A stretch of 64,000 nucleotides of DNA from Perna viridis (Eukaryota): contig CM074513.1 in NCBI GenBank assembly GCA_037379345.1, forward strand, positions 34,096,885 to 34,160,884, written 5' to 3'. Position 1 is the stretch's first letter. Each line of letters opens with the position of its first letter. The notes beneath the pieces were generated by a model. It did no database searches, was not told the origin of the DNA, and was given only the letters and a program-made list of their open reading frames with translations. The translations under genes were made by a program, and so were the position numbers. Positions 63,549 through 64,000 of the stretch are shown in pieces.

Positions 63549-63985
63549 TGTCAATTTAGAGCGAAGATCAGAACTGATAAAGCAGTCACCAGAGCCTTTA
63601 GATTTGTAAAGCCTAATAGCATCTGCAATTATCTTAAACTGCCACAGTAAAATAGTACCCCAGGCATACCCCATGTAGATTCAAATGCAGATAGTTAGAT
63701 CCATTTAATAGGTATTTCTAATATATCAAGTTTAATTCTATTTTATTTACACCAATAAACAACTTTTACTGTGAACTTAATATGCTGATTAATATTAATT
63801 GTACATATGTATTAACAACGATCCAGTTAAAAATAGTTGACCTCTTATCTCTTATCAGTACCTGTTTATTTCTATGAAATCAGTCGTTCACTGTGGATAT
63901 ATTCAAGTTGTCCACTTATTTTTAGACGCATAATATAGATAGAAATGAAAACCTGCAAGGCTTTAAAGTCAGAATGCTAAAGCTG
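63549..63985 (-). repeat. Dispersed repeat fragment, copy 2 (homolog of 2896-3112, with 223 extra bp)
   Basis: Direct alignment of the reverse complement; both copies give the IIADAIRLYKSKGS pseudo-peptide in the ORF track. Confidence 0.9.
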
Positions 63986-64000
63986 TCGTCTGAGATTTCA

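Overview
AT-rich animal genomic DNA; the dispersed repeats resemble those I recall from mytilid bivalves. The window holds one gene on the + strand, a Slit axon-guidance ligand. I reconstructed 32 GT-AG coding exons from ATG 6684 to 63491 (3209 nt, about 1069 aa, one continuous frame): signal peptide, four LRR domains (D1-D4) and the first EGF repeats. The gene continues past the window end. Eighteen exons are exactly 72 bp (one LRR each, phase 2-2), and intron 4 is 23 kb. The introns carry MITEs, a palindrome-rich foldback element, SINE-like repeats and minisatellites. Most notable: (1) an extra 60-bp, three-cysteine linker exon between D3 and D4, alongside two Cys-bearing LRRs in D3; (2) an inverted repeat pair bracketing exons 17-23; (3) an intronic minisatellite built from AG|GTAAG splice-site-like units; (4) poison or re-splicing acceptor configurations at exons 4, 9 and 22; (5) a sharp CpG-depletion boundary just after exon 4. 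Nearly all ORF-track entries are non-coding noise. No prokaryotic-type system, CRISPR array or RNA gene is supported. Comparisons with human and fly Slit and with repeat families are from memory, not from searches.
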